Made by a program: the position numbers and the translations under genes. Under the pieces are notes generated by a model. That model did not search any database. It saw nothing but the letters and a program-made list of their open reading frames with translations, and was not told the origin of the DNA. A DNA stretch of 64,000 bases from Octopus sinensis (taxonomy: Eukaryota). Positions 1-43,559 of the stretch are shown piece by piece. Numbering within the stretch: position 1 is the stretch's first letter; each line of letters begins with the position of its first letter. The DNA is taken from contig NC_043024.1 in assembly GCF_006345805.1 (NCBI RefSeq), forward strand, positions 8,184,001 through 8,248,000. The letters run 5' to 3'.

Positions 1-770
1 GTGTTTCTACAGCTGGATGCCCTTCCTAACGCCAACCACTCCGTGAGTGTACTGGGTGCTTTTTCATATGCCACCGGCACAGGGGCCAGGGGAGGCTGGC
101 AACGGCTACGATCGGTTGGTGCTTTTTGTATAGGTTGTACATTCAAAGCAATGAATAGTTGTATTCAAAGCAATGATTAGTAAATTCACGAAACCAGTAT
201 GCTTGAATCTCTTTAATAATTTCACAATAATGACTTTTATTACTTTTATTCCTACCTCAGTTCATCTAATTGTATATATCTTTCATTACTTTTCATAAAA
301 AGCCTCTACTTTCTTTGATTTCCAATGTGCATTTTCGTTTATTTTTCTTACTTTCCCCTTACATTACCACATGCAGTTTCTATTTTCTTTTTGTAACATA
401 TTTCTATTATATATATATATATATACATATATACATACACACACATATATATATACACACATATATATATATACATATATATCATCATCATCATCATCAT
501 TATCATTTAACGTTCGCTTTCCATGCTATCATGGGTTGGACGATTTGACTGGGGTCTGGCGAACCAGACTCCAATCTGATCTGGCAGAGTTTCTCCAGCT
601 GGATGCCCTTCCTAACGCCAACCAGTCCGAGAGTGTAGTGGGTGCTTTTACATGCCACCGGCACGAGAGCCAGTTTGGTGGTACTGGCAACGGCCACGCC
701 CAAATGGTGCTTTTTATGTGCCACCTGCACAGGAGCCAGTCCAGCGGCACTGGCTACGTCCTCGCTATAA

Positions 771-812
<42 letters not shown>

Positions 813-1060
813 CATATATAAATAATCATATGTATGCAAAGTATGCATGCATCCCTATATGATTGCACATCAAGAGTTTATATGAACCTAGACTTTGTGA
901 ACATGTAGCAGTTATACTCCCCATGCACTTAGCCATGTTGATTCCATCAATCTAAAATCTGAAAATAATTGTTTTTATTGTTTGTCTTTTCCTTGTAAAA
1001 TGCACATTTTTTCTTTGCTTACGTGAAAATAAAAAAAAAGGTATTTTAATTAATCAACAG

Positions 1061-31052
<29,992 letters not shown>

Positions 31053-31053
<1 letters not shown>

Positions 31054-31058
31054 ATAAA
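31053..31058 (+). promoter_or_regulatory. Candidate ACP7 polyadenylation signal AATAAA overlapping the stop codon
   Basis: AATAAA at 31053-31058 followed by U-rich sequence; use not verifiable. Confidence 0.35.
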
Positions 31059-31259
31059 ATCAATTTGATAAACTGATATATAAAGTTTTATTTTATAAGT
31101 TATTATTCCTGTCTTTTATACTATAAATTATTTTATTATTTTTTTATGGTAATTACCAAAATTTTATTCTTCAGAACTATAAAATTACAAAAGAAAGAAA
31201 AATATAATAATGAAAAATAAACTAAGAGTTTGTCTTGTATTTCTGAACCTTTTCTGCTA

Positions 31260-32250
31260 CTATAAATCTTTGAGTATAGTCTGCCCTTGAGTATAATACA
31301 CAGGGAGTTTTAGGGGGCTGTACTTCTGAAAAACCTAAACCTTGTGTATAATACGCACCCCTTCTCTAACTTGAGTCAAGGAGGTCTATATAACGTCCTT
31401 GGTTTGTAAAAATGTATACGCTAACATCCTTTATTATTATTGTATATATAACATAATGCAAACGTGTATTTGCAGGGCATTTTTAGGGGGCTGTACCTCT
31501 GAAAAACCTAAACCTTGTGTATAATATGCACCCCTTCTCTAACTTGAGTCAAGGAGGTCTGTTTAATGTCCTTGGTTTGTAAAAATGTATACGCTAACAT
31601 CCTTTATTATTATTGTATATATAACATAATGCAAACGTGTAGCTTTTTTATGAATTTTGTTAGCAGAAAATAAAGAAATAACAGTAATAACGTTTAATAA
31701 ATGTTGCTTATTGCAAGTTATGGATGATTCTTTTATGACTTCATGCTTTCAGGCTTAGCTTAAGGTATTTTCACGCCTGACATCACAAAATGCGTCTGAA
31801 TAAACATTGCCGGACAGCAAATAGAGACTCGGATATTGCTTAGAAAAAATTTTCATTTTTAACCTTGTATATAGTACACACTGTGGTGGCGCAATGGCCC
31901 AGTGGTTAGGGCAGCGGCCTCGCGGTCGTAGGATCGCGGTTTCGATTCCCAGACCGGGCGTTGTGAGTGTTTATTGAGCGAAAACACCTAAAAGCTCCAC
32001 GAGGATCCGGCAGGGGGTGGTGATCCCTGCTGTACTCTTTCACCACTCATTCTTCTGTTGGCCTGCTCGCTTAGCCAGCGGGGTGGCGTCATTCGAAGGC
32101 TAAAAAACAATGCGAACGCATTGTGACCAGCGATGTGTAACTACATCTGATGGACTGGTCGGTCACGTGATCACGTGATATAGTACACACTAAGGATTTT
32201 GACCTTTAAATTTTGGGGTAAAAATGCGGATTATACTCGAGGATTTACAG
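31260..32250. mobile_element. Tc1/pogo-like MITE (degenerate copy) with internal duplication and SINE insertion
   Basis: TIR related to ccgtaaatcctcgagtata; homologous to 41495-42253. Confidence 0.75.
31883..32177 (+). mobile_element. tRNA-derived SINE inserted into the MITE
   Basis: 14-bp TSD atatagtacacact at 31869-31882 and 32178-32191. Confidence 0.9.
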
Positions 32251-34289
32251 TATTTTCTTTGAATATTACTTCTCCTCCCCCTCTGCCCCCTCTTCCTGCT
32301 CATCATCATCATTATCACTGTCATTCTAACTCTGCCTGCGAAGACCTGTTGAGGCAAGTGAAGTCGAAACCTTTGGAAATATGCTGTGCTTGAGAAGACC
32401 CAGCAAGCCAAGTGAGACCTATTTCTTTATTACCCACAAGGGGCTGAACATAGAGGGGACAAACATGGACAGACATAGGTATTAAGTCGATTATATCGAC
32501 CCCAGTGCTTAACTGGTACTTAATTTATCGACCCCGAAAGGATGAAAGGCAAAGTCGACCTCGGCGGAATTTGAACTCACAACGTAACGGCAGACGAAAT
32601 ACCGCTAAGCATTTCGCCCGACGTGCTAACGATTCTGCTAGCTTGTGGCCTATACCAGGGGTGTAACCAGTTCACTTATGCGTGCTTTTCCTTCACTGGA
32701 CACTAAACTCTGCTTGCGAAGACCTGTTGAGGCAAATGAAATCGAAATCGAAATCAAATTCGATGATTGGCATCCATTGCTAGTGGAGCGCTAAGAGTAC
32801 CAGACACACTCCAATCTCAGTGGGATTTGAACATAGAACACAAAACAAGGCATTACTACAATTGTGGCCAAAAGTTTGGAACAATTTTTAGAAATTAAAA
32901 TTGTTATGCCCAAGTACAATTCAATCCAGGCCTCACCGAGGTAATGACTAGTGACCGGGACCTTTAGTCTTTTACTTGTTTCAGTCATTTGACTGCAGTC
33001 ATGCTGGAGCACCGCCTTTAGTCGAGCAAATCGACCCCGGGACTTATTCTTTTGTAAGCCCAGTACTTATTCTATCGGTCTCTTTTGCCGAACCGCTAAG
33101 TGACGGGGACATAAACACACCAGCATCGGTTGTAGAAGACACTTGCCCATCATGCCACGCAGTGGGACTGAACCCGGAACCAGGTGGTTGGTAAGCAAGC
33201 TACTTACCACACAGCCACTCATGCACCTATATATATATATATATACATATATACGACGGGCTTCTTTCAGTTTCCGTCTACCAAATCCACTCACAAGGCT
33301 TTGATCAGCCCGAGGCTATAGTAGATGACACTTGCCCAAGATGCCACACAGTGGGACTGAACCCGGAACCATGTGGTTGGTAAGCAAGCTATTTACCACA
33401 CAGCCACTCCTGCGCCTTTGGAAATATGCTGTGCTTGAGAAGACCCAGCAAACGAAGTCGGACCATAACCTTGTGGCCTATGGCAGGGTGTAACCAGCCC
33501 ACTTATGTGTACCTTTCCTTCATTGGAGACTAAACTCTGCTTGCGAAAACCTGTTGAGGCAAGTGAAATCGAAATCAAATTCGATGACTGGCATCCATGC
33601 TAGTGGAGCGCCAAGGGCACCATCCGAGTGTGATCGTTGCCAGAGCAACAAACTGGCTTCCGTGCTGGTGGCATGTAAGAAGCACCATTCGAGCGTGATC
33701 GTTACCTGTGTTGCCTTACTCACACCTGTGCTGGTGGCAGGTGAAAAAACATTCAAGCAAGGTCGTTGCCTATCTTACTCTATACTCACCTAACACTCTC
33801 TACATATACATATATGGAGCAAGTGGAGCAAGAATACACACGAAAACAAAAAAGTGTCTTCTGATATAGCCTTGGGCCAACCAAAGCCTTGTGAGTGGAT
33901 TTGGTAGACGGAAACTGAAAGAAGCCCATCAGATATGTGTATGTCCCCTCCCTCTCTACCGCTTGACAACTGTCTAATGACTAAAACAAGTAAAAGATAA
34001 AAGATATATATATATATATATATTTCCTTATTGCCCATAAGGGGCTAAACACAGAGGAGACAAACAAGGACAGACAAACGGATTAAGTCGATTACATCGA
34101 CCCCAGTGCGTAACTGGTACTTAATTTATCGACCCCGAAAAGATGAAAGGCAAAGTCAACCTCGGCGGAATTTGAACTCGGAACGTAACGGCAGACGAAA
34201 TACCACTAAGCATTTCGGCCAGCGTGCTAATGATTCTGCCAGCTCGCCGCCTTCTTAATAGATATATATATATATGTGTGTGTGTGTGT

Positions 34290-34520
34290 TCCATAGCCAA
34301 GCCAGTCACCAGATATGAAACCCTATTGAACAACTCTGGGGCATAATGGACAGGACAATTTATAAAAAGAACAAGAAGTATCCTCAAAGCCAGATCTTTT
34401 GAGATGACTGCATGAAACTTGGCAAGAAATTCCACTAGAGAATTTTTGTCATCTGATCAGTAGCATGCCTAATAGGGTCCTTGCATTGAAAAATGTAAAG
34501 GGCTTGTCTACTAAATATTA
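34290..34520 (+). pseudogene. Tc1-family transposase C-terminal fragment
   Basis: PSQSPDM.PIEQLWG...ISSMPNRVLALKNVKGLSTKY*, with frameshifts. Confidence 0.7.
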
Positions 34521-35158
34521 GATATTTACATTATAATAATCAATAAATAATTTGAATGTACAATTTCAGATTTAAATAAATTTTAATGATTGTGCCGGCG
34601 ACACATAAAAAGCACTATCCGAATGTGGTCGATGCCAGCGCCACCTTTACAGGCTTCTGTGCCGGTGGCACGTAAAAAGCACCAACCGATTGTGGACGTT
34701 GCCAGACTCCCCTGGCACCTGTGCCGGTGGCATGTAAAAAGCACCAACCGATCGTGGCCGCTGTCAGAGCCCCCTGGCAACTGTGCCAGTGGCACGTAAA
34801 AAGCACCAACCGATCGTGGTCGCTGCCAGACTCCGCTGGCACCTGGGCCGGTGGCACGTAAAAAGCACCAACCGATCGTGGCCGCTGCCAGACTCCCCTG
34901 GCACCTGTGCTGGTGGCACGTAAAAAGCACCCACTACACTCATGGAGTGGTTGGTGCTAGGAAGGGCATCCAGCTGTAGAAACACTGCCAGATCAGACTG
35001 GAGCCTGGTGCAGCCTTCTGGCTTCCCAGCCCCCGGTCGAACCGTCCAACCCATGCTAGCATGGAAAACGGACGCTAAATGATGATGATGATAATGATGA
35101 TTATAAGGATGTCTATTTACTTCTGTCTCGTGTGTGTGTCTGTGTCTGCGTGTGTAAA

Positions 35159-35371
35159 CAGGGTGGCCCAAAAGTAGGTTCACAGTTATTCAACTATCAC
35201 TTTCACATTCATATATTAACAGTTTTGATCTTAATTATAAAAAAAAATGTGAAACCATTATTCTATGCTAATTTAGTTAATTGCAAGATAGAAATTTAAA
35301 TGTAATAAAATGTCTTAAAAGAAATTTAAAGTGCTTATGTGATAATTGTGAACCTACTTTTGGCCACCCTA
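35159..35371. mobile_element. Tc1/mariner-like MITE
   Basis: TIR cagggtggcccaaaagtaggttcaca / tgtgaacctacttttggccaccct. Confidence 0.75.
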
Positions 35372-35742
35372 TACACACACACAGACACACTAATGTATAT
35401 ATACATACATATGCACATAAATATTTCAATATTTGTATTATGGTATCTATACATACCTATATTCACAGGTGCATGCTCACACACACATACACACAAATGT
35501 ATGTATACATACATCATCATCATCATCATCGTTTAACGTCCGTTTTCCATGCTAGCATGGGTTGGACGGTTTGACCGGGATCTGGGAGGCCAGAAGGCTG
35601 CACCAGGCTCCAGTCTGATCTGGCAGTGTTTCTACAGCTGGATGCCCTTCCTAACACCAACCACTCCGTGAGTGTAGTGGGTGCTTTTTACATGCCACCT
35701 GCACAGGTGCCAGGGGAGTCTGGCAGTGACCACGATCGGATT

Positions 35743-37040
35743 GGTGCTTTTTACGTGCCGCCAGCACAGAAGCCAGTCAAGGCGGCACTGGCATCGGCCA
35801 CGTTCGGATGGTGCTTTTTACGTGCCACCGACACAGAAGCCAGTCAATGCGGCGCTGGCATCGGCCACGTTCGGATGGTGCTTTGTACGTGCCACCGGCA
35901 CAGAAGCCAGTCAAGGCGGCACTGGCATCAGCCACGTTTGGATGGTGCTTTTTACATGCCACCGGCACAGAAGCCAGTCAAGGCGGCACTGGCATCGGCC
36001 ACGTTCGGATGGTGCTTTTTACGTGCCACCGACACAGAAGCCAGTCAATGCGGCGCTGGCATCGGCCACGTCCGGATGGTGCTTTGTACGTGCCACCGGC
36101 ACAGAAGCCAGTCAAGGCGGCACTGGCATCGGCCACGTTCGGATGGTGCTTTTTACGTGCCACCGACACAGAAGCCAGTCAAGGCGGCGCTGGCATCGGC
36201 CACGTTCGGATGGTGCTTTGTACGTGCCACCGGCACAGAAGCCAGTCAAGGCGGCACTGGCATCGGCCACGTTCGGATGGTGCTTTTTACGTGCCACCGA
36301 CACAGAAGCCAGTCAAGGCGGCGCTGGCATCGGCCACGTTCGGATGGTGCTTTGTACGTGCCACCGGCACAGAAGCCAGTCAAGGCGGCACTGGCATTGG
36401 CCACGTTCGGATGGTGCTTTTTACGTGCCACCGACACAGAAGCCAGTCAAGGCGGCACTGGCATCGGCCACGTTCGGATGGTGCTTTGTACGTGCCACTG
36501 GCACAGAAGCCAGTCAAGGCGGCACTGGCATTGGCCACGTTCGGATGGTGCTTTTTACGTGCCACCGACACAGAAGCCAGTCAAGGCGGCGCTGGCATCG
36601 GCCACGTTCGGATGGTGCTTTGTACGTGCCACCGGCACAGAAGCCAGTCAAGGCGGCACTGGCATTGGCCACGTTCGGATGGTGCTTTGTACGTGCCACT
36701 GGCACAGAAGCCAGTCAAGGCGGCGCCGGCATTGGCCACGTTCGGATGGTGCTTTTTACGTGCCACCGACACAGAAGCCAGTCAAGGCGGCACTGGCATC
36801 GGCCACGTTCGGATGGTGCTTTGTACGTGCCACCGGCACAGAAGCCAGTCGAGGCGGCACTGGCATCGGCCACGTTCGGATGGTGCTTTTTACATGCCAC
36901 CGGCACAGAAGCCAGTCGAGGCGGCACTGGCATCGGCCACGTTTGGATGGTGCTTTTTCATGCCCACCGGCACAGAAGCCAGTCGAGGCGGCACTGGCAT
37001 CGGCCACGTTTGGATGGTGCTTTTTATGTGCCATCGACAC
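35743..37040. repeat. 67-bp tandem satellite, about 19-20 units, inside a (GAT)n-tailed retroelement
   Basis: ggtgcttt recurs every 67 bp from 35743 to 37016. Confidence 0.95.
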
Positions 37041-38609
37041 AGGTATCACAACTACTATTTCCATTGATATTTATTTCGATGTTCATGTACTTGACTCAAT
37101 AGGTCTCCTCAAGCACAGCGGGTTGTTCTGAAATCCAAGGTGGTTGTTCTAATTTGAATATTCGTATTATGGTACCTATACATACCTATATTCACAGGTG
37201 CATGCTCACATACACGTGCACACACACACACACAGTACCTTGTTCTCTCCCCCCCACCTTTAAGGCATTTATAAGTGCTTATCTGTAATAACAAATTAAT
37301 TATGACCTACATTAAGTGGTGTTTAGGTTTCTCTAAGTGGAACAGAAATGAATTATCAAAAATCACAAAAGGATAACGAGGGCAAAACTTGATAATAATT
37401 AAAGACATTTGAGCAAAACAGGTGAAAAAAAAACCCAAAAAAACTGCTACTTGCAATCTGAAAATGGCCACCACTGAAGCAATTGAATCGGAGGTGAGTT
37501 GAACGTTTCTGATGGTTTATATGTGTTTATTTAAGATGGTTTGTCTGCTCTCGTTTACTTACTTTTACTTACTTTTACTTGTTTCAGTCATTTGACTGCG
37601 GCCATGCTGGAGCACCGCCTTTTAGTCGAGCAAATCGACCCCGGGACTTATTCTTTTGTAAGCCCAGTACTTATTCTATCAGTCTCTTTTGTTGAACCGC
37701 TAATTGACGGGAATGTAAACACACCAGCATCGGTTGTCAAGCAATGCTAGGGGGACAAACACAGACACACAAACATATACACGTATATATATATATACAT
37801 ATATACGACAGGCTTCTTTCAGTTTCCATCTACCAAATCCACTCACAAGGCTTTGGTCGGCCCGAGGCTATAGCAGAAGACACTTGCCCAAGGTGCCACA
37901 CAGTGGGATTGAACCTGGAACCATGTGGCTGGTAAGCAAGCTACTTACCACACAGCCACTCTCTCGCTTGTTAGGTTTAAATCTTTTTATGGCCCCTTTC
38001 AAAAGGCAAAACCCGTTTATTTATATATTTATTTATTGTATATATAGATAAGGAGTAAACTTATCAGAACGAAGGCCAAATGTGTGTGTAGGGGTGGGGA
38101 GGAGCACAAGGCCTGAAGTTTGTGGGAAGGGGGTAAGTCGATTACACCGACCCCTGTGTTTCACTGGTTGTTAATTTATTGACCCTGAAAGGAAGAAAGG
38201 GAAAGTTGACCTTGCTGGAATTTGAACTCAGAATGTAGCAACAGATGAAATACTGTTAAGGTGTGAGAGGACTGTTGTAAAATGAGGGTGTGGAGTTAGG
38301 ATGTGAACCATATGGCAGATGTGGAGAACACATACTCACGTACCTATATACCCAGACACCCACAAACAGACTGACAGACATGCACACTCACACACGCACA
38401 CACGCACACACACACAGTGTAACACACACACAAACTGAAAAACACACATACAAACACACACACTCACACAGAAAAACAGACAAACTCACATACACACACA
38501 TACATGCACGCGAACACACAAACACACACGTGCACATACACATACACACACAAAGAAAAACAAAAACACACATACACACATGCAAATGCACACACAATAC
38601 ACACACACA

Positions 38610-38643
<34 letters not shown>

Positions 38644-41494
38644 AACACACACGTACAGAAATTTTTTTACATCACTAATAGTAGTAATAATAACAATAGT
38701 AATCCTTTCTACTATTTCTATTATGGGCACAAAACCTCAAATATAGAAGGAACAGGGTCAGTTGATTACATTCAACCCCAGCGCTCAGCCGGTACTCATT
38801 TTATTCACCCTAAAAGGATGAAAGGCAAAGTCAACCTTTCCTGGATTTGAACTCAGAACATAAAGCTGGAAAAATATCACCAAGCATTTACTCTGATGTG
38901 CTAAGGATTATGCCAGTCGAATGATAATAATAATCATAATAATAATAATAATAATAATAATGATCTTAACTGATTGGAAGTGTTATCATGTACATTGTTT
39001 TGTCTTGGTATAAAAGATGGGCTACAGTAAATATTCTGCTCAATACCACAGATTTGCTTGTCAGTTGTTTGACCCTTAACCAGTTGAGCATGTCCCTTAG
39101 TGGCTGACAATACGTGCATCTCTGATCATGAGCAGAAGTAGTGGGGGAGCATCATAGCCGTGTGTTGAGAGGGATTCTTTGGAGTTTGAATAATTCACCT
39201 CTGGAAACATGGGTGGGTCGTTCAACATCCTTAAACAACCCTTATTCAGGGACCTTTTGAGCGGGATGGGCTACTTGACCAGAAGAAAATTCTAACTGGG
39301 CCCCACTTGCCAGGTCATGTGCTGTTTATCTCAATATAAGATCACCATGTTGCGGACACATGGTTGTGATGCATGTGCTTAGTGTACCCTTATCAGACGG
39401 GTAGTCATGATGGGTATACTGAGCTTCGTATATTTTACCCCAGTGTCATTTTGATGGTATGCACTGTTCTCTCACTCAATAATAATAATAATAATAATAA
39501 TGATAATCCTTTCTACTTTTGGTACAGAGCCTGAAATTTTAGGGGAGGAGTTAATCAATTACATTGACCCCAGTATTTCACTGGTACTTAATTTATTGAC
39601 CCTAAAAGGATGAAAGGTTAACTTGACCTTAGCGGAATTTGAACTCAGAAAGTAAAGAAGGGCTGTGTGGTAAGTAGCTTGCTTACCAACCACATGGTTC
39701 CGGGTTCAGTCCCACTGCGTGGCATCTTGGGCAAGTGTCTTCTGCTATAGCCTCAGGCTGACCAAAGCCCTGTGAGTGGATTTGGTAGACGGAAACTGAA
39801 AGAAGCCCGTCATATAAATGTCTATATATATGTATGTGTGTGTATATATCGTCATCATCATCATCATCATCATTATTATTATTATGAAAAGATGTCAGGC
39901 AGCAAGCTAACAGAATTGTTAACTTGCTGACTCAAATGCTTAGTTGCACTTTCTCCTTACTCTTTTACTTGTTTCAGTCATTTGACTGTGGTCATGCTGG
40001 AGCATAGCCTTTAGTCGAGCAAATCAACCCTAGGACTTATTCTTTGTAAGCCTAATACTTATTCTATCGGTCTCTTTTGCCGAACCTCTAAATTACGGGG
40101 ATGTAAACACAGACACACAAACACACACACACAAACATGCACACACATACACATATATACATATATACGACAGGCTTCTTTCGGTTTCCGTCTACCAAAT
40201 CCACTCACAAGGCTCTGGTCGGCCCGAGGCTATAGTAGAAGTCACTTGCCCAAGGTGCCACGCAGTGGGAATGAACCCGGAACCATGTGGTTGGTAAACA
40301 AGCTACCTACCACACAGCCACTCCTACACCTATTGCACTTTTTTTTTGTTCGGGTCAAACACTTTAGTTCGACTTACTTGCGACACTCGCGGTTTGTGTG
40401 TGTGTGTGCACGTCTAAAATACGTAAGTAGTTACAGGGAAGTAACCTATACTGACAAATTCAGACTTTTCTATCGAGTTACTTCCCTTGCACCATGTTTC
40501 GTTTTCTCTTCTCACTTGATTTCAGTCTTTCGCCTTGAAGAATAAATCAACCTCAGTACACGCATACCTCACCCTACGTCGTTAATTGGTTCTAGGAGAA
40601 ACGACTTAAGTCGAAATACTGTCGCTCGACTAGGCCCAATTTACTTGCCTCTTGGCTAAACTTATAATAACCATTCCCAGTTCTCTACTTTATTTATGAA
40701 TGCATTTTCAATAATACAGGGTTAATAAAAACATATTTTAAACGTACAAATAATTTTTATTTTTTAAATAGTGGTATTTCGTCTACCGCTACGTTCTGAG
40801 TTCAAATTCCGCCGAGGTCGACTTTAATTTTCATCCTTTCGGGGTCGATAAATTAGGTACCAGTTACGCACTGGGTTCGATGTAATTGACTTAATCCGTT
40901 TGTCCTTGTTTGTCCCCTCTATGTTTAGCCCCTTGTGGGTAGTAAAGAAATAGGTATTTCGTCTGCCGCTACATTCTGATTTCAAATTCCGCCGAGGTCG
41001 ACTTTGTCTTTCATCCTTTCGGGGTCGATTAAATAAGTACCAGCTACGCACTTGGGTCGATATAATCGACTTAATCCGTTTGTCCTCTCTGTGTTTAGCC
41101 CCTTGTGGCTAGTAAAGAAATAGATACAATGAGGAATGCATGTGCCAAGTTCTGGAGTTGTCATGAGGCTATGGTGGAAGCTCAGAGAGGCTACTTTGAG
41201 GAAACTGGTATCTCTCAGCCATAATCAAGTCGACATTTAATTATTTTCTAGAATCCTTTTATTTGGAGGGGATATTGTGTTTTCTTTTCTTTTTATGCAA
41301 ACCGTCGACACCCTGTATAAATTATTCATGTCAGTTAACTGAATTTTAAACGTTACTGGATTATCAAGTGTTTCCACCATGTACCAGTTCTTGTTAAACT
41401 ATACTATCAATGCCAGCATGGAAGACAGACGTGAAATGGTGGTGATGATGACGGCGACGAATATAACGATAACAACGATGGTGATGATGACATA

Positions 41495-42253
41495 CCGTAA
41501 ATCCTCGAGTATAGCTCGCATTTGAGTATAATACGCAGGGAATTTTTAGGGGGCTGTCATCATCATCATTTAACGTCCGCTTTCCATGCTAGCATGGGTT
41601 GGACGGTTCAACTGGTGTCTGGGAAGCCAGGAGGCTGCACCAGGCCCTGTCTTATCTGGCAATGTTTCTACGGCTGGATGCCCTTCCTATCGCCAACCAC
41701 TCCGAGAGTGTAATGGGTGCCTTTTACGTGCCACCGGCACAGGTAGCAGACGAGGCTGGCAAACGGCCACGGTCGGATGGTGCTTTTTACGTGCCACCGG
41801 CTGTACCTCTGAAAAACCTAAACCTTGTGTATAATACGCACTTCTTCTCTAACTTGAGCCAAGGAGGTCTATATAACGTCCTTGGTTTGTAAAAATGTAT
41901 ACAGTAACGTCCTTTATTATTATTGTATATATAACATGATGCAAACGTGTAGCTTTTTTGTGCATTTTGTTTGCAGAAAATAAAGAAATAACAGTAATAA
42001 CGTTTAATAAATGTTGCTTATTGCAAGTTATGGATGATTCTTTTATGACTTCATTGCTTTCAGGCTTAGCTTAAGGTATTTTCTCCCCCGACATCACAAA
42101 ATGCGTCTGAATAAACATTGCCGGACAGCAAATAGAGACTCGGACATTGCTTAGAAAATAATTTTCATTTTTAACCTCGTATATAATACGCATTAAGGAT
42201 TTTGACCTTTAAATTCTGGGGAAAAAATGCGGATTATACTCGAGGATTTACGG
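41495..42253. mobile_element. Tc1/pogo-like MITE containing a retroelement insertion (41558-41798, TSD ggctgt)
   Basis: Perfect 19-bp TIR ccgtaaatcctcgagtata; TA flanks at 41493-41494 and 42254-42255. Confidence 0.9.
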
Positions 42254-42596
42254 TATATATTGCACGCCTATAGAATAAATATATTAATTGCTAATGTCAA
42301 GCTATACTACAGAATGTATTATTTTTTATCTGTTACTTCACTCACTGGACTGCGGCCATGCTGGGGCGCCGCAGGCTTGGAAGAGCTTAGACAAATCAAA
42401 CCCAGTACTTATTATTATTTTTTTTTTTTTCAAGTCTGGCACTTATTCTATCAGTCAGTTTTGCCAAACCACCAAGTTACAGGGACGTAAACAAACCAAC
42501 ATAGGTTGTTAAGCAGGGAGTGGGAGCAGATACAAAACACACATGCACATACATGTGTGTATGTATATGTGTGTGTGTGTGTGTGTGTACATACAT

Positions 42597-42809
42597 GGGT
42601 ACTACTTAAGAAGAGTGGTCCCGGTGCGCGCACTCGCGTATCCGTGCTAGCTAGTCGATCCTTTGTGTTTTTGTGTTTTATTTACTTTGTTATAAAAAAA
42701 TTATTTATCTTGTGTTATTTATTTTGCTAGGTAGTCGTTGTAGGATCGACTAATCATGACTAGCTAGCGCGGATGCGCGCACCGGGACCACTCTTCTTAA
42801 GTAGTACCC
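42597..42809. mobile_element. 213-bp MITE with perfect 36-bp TIRs
   Basis: GGGTACTACTTAAGAAGAGTGGTCCCGGTGCGCGCA and its reverse complement; flanking direct repeat atacat. Confidence 0.85.
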
Positions 42810-42816
42810 ATACATG

Positions 42817-42893
<77 letters not shown>

Positions 42894-43559
42894 TAAATAT
42901 ATATAACGAGCCTCTACACAATTTCCGTCTACCAAATCCGCTCATGAGGCTTTGGTGGGCTCGTAGCTAGAGCAGAAGACATTTTCCCACAAAATGACGA
43001 ATTGCCAAGCGTATTGTACAACAGAAAAATATATCTTAAGATTTTACAATGCCATTCTGTAAATACATGATACATTTATACAGTTTTTTTCCCAGCAAAC
43101 TCTGTATCTAACCAACCGCACGTAACAGGTTGTTATCCTTGTAAATAAATCTGTTTAGACACATAACGTGTTTACATTTTACGGTGGTTTCACGGGGTTA
43201 GAGGTAAATGAATTCCATTGAATTGATTGAATGTACTAAAAATCAAACAGGTTCATTGAATTATGGAGTCAACTCATTGAGAAAACCCCCTCGGTAACCT
43301 AATTTTTATGGCGTGACTAAAGACTTGGGGACGATGTGTGTCCAATACTCGCCATTACGTTCACACTCAACATGTCAAAGATGCTATTGTTTAAATACAG
43401 ACAGTCGACCTATTGTGAAAAGCATTCCAGCTATGAATCATCTCATTTTCTTTTATTGGGTATTCTATTCTGTAGACTACATTATTCGATGTGTCATTCT
43501 TTCTTCTAAAAAGTAGATCAGTTTAAGGGGTAGCTGCTATTTTTAGCATGTCAAGCGAC

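Noticed and set aside
170-415. Similarity to 50710-50910 suggesting a segmental duplication (likewise 51690-51780 versus 61413-61510)
   Set aside because: Short and diverged with unrelated flanks; more simply explained as dispersed repeat copies.
35626-37131. 419-501-aa ORFs in all three plus-strand frames
   Set aside because: They arise from a stop-free 67-bp satellite whose frames rotate. The same peptide words appear in every copy of the retroelement, and there is no domain signature.
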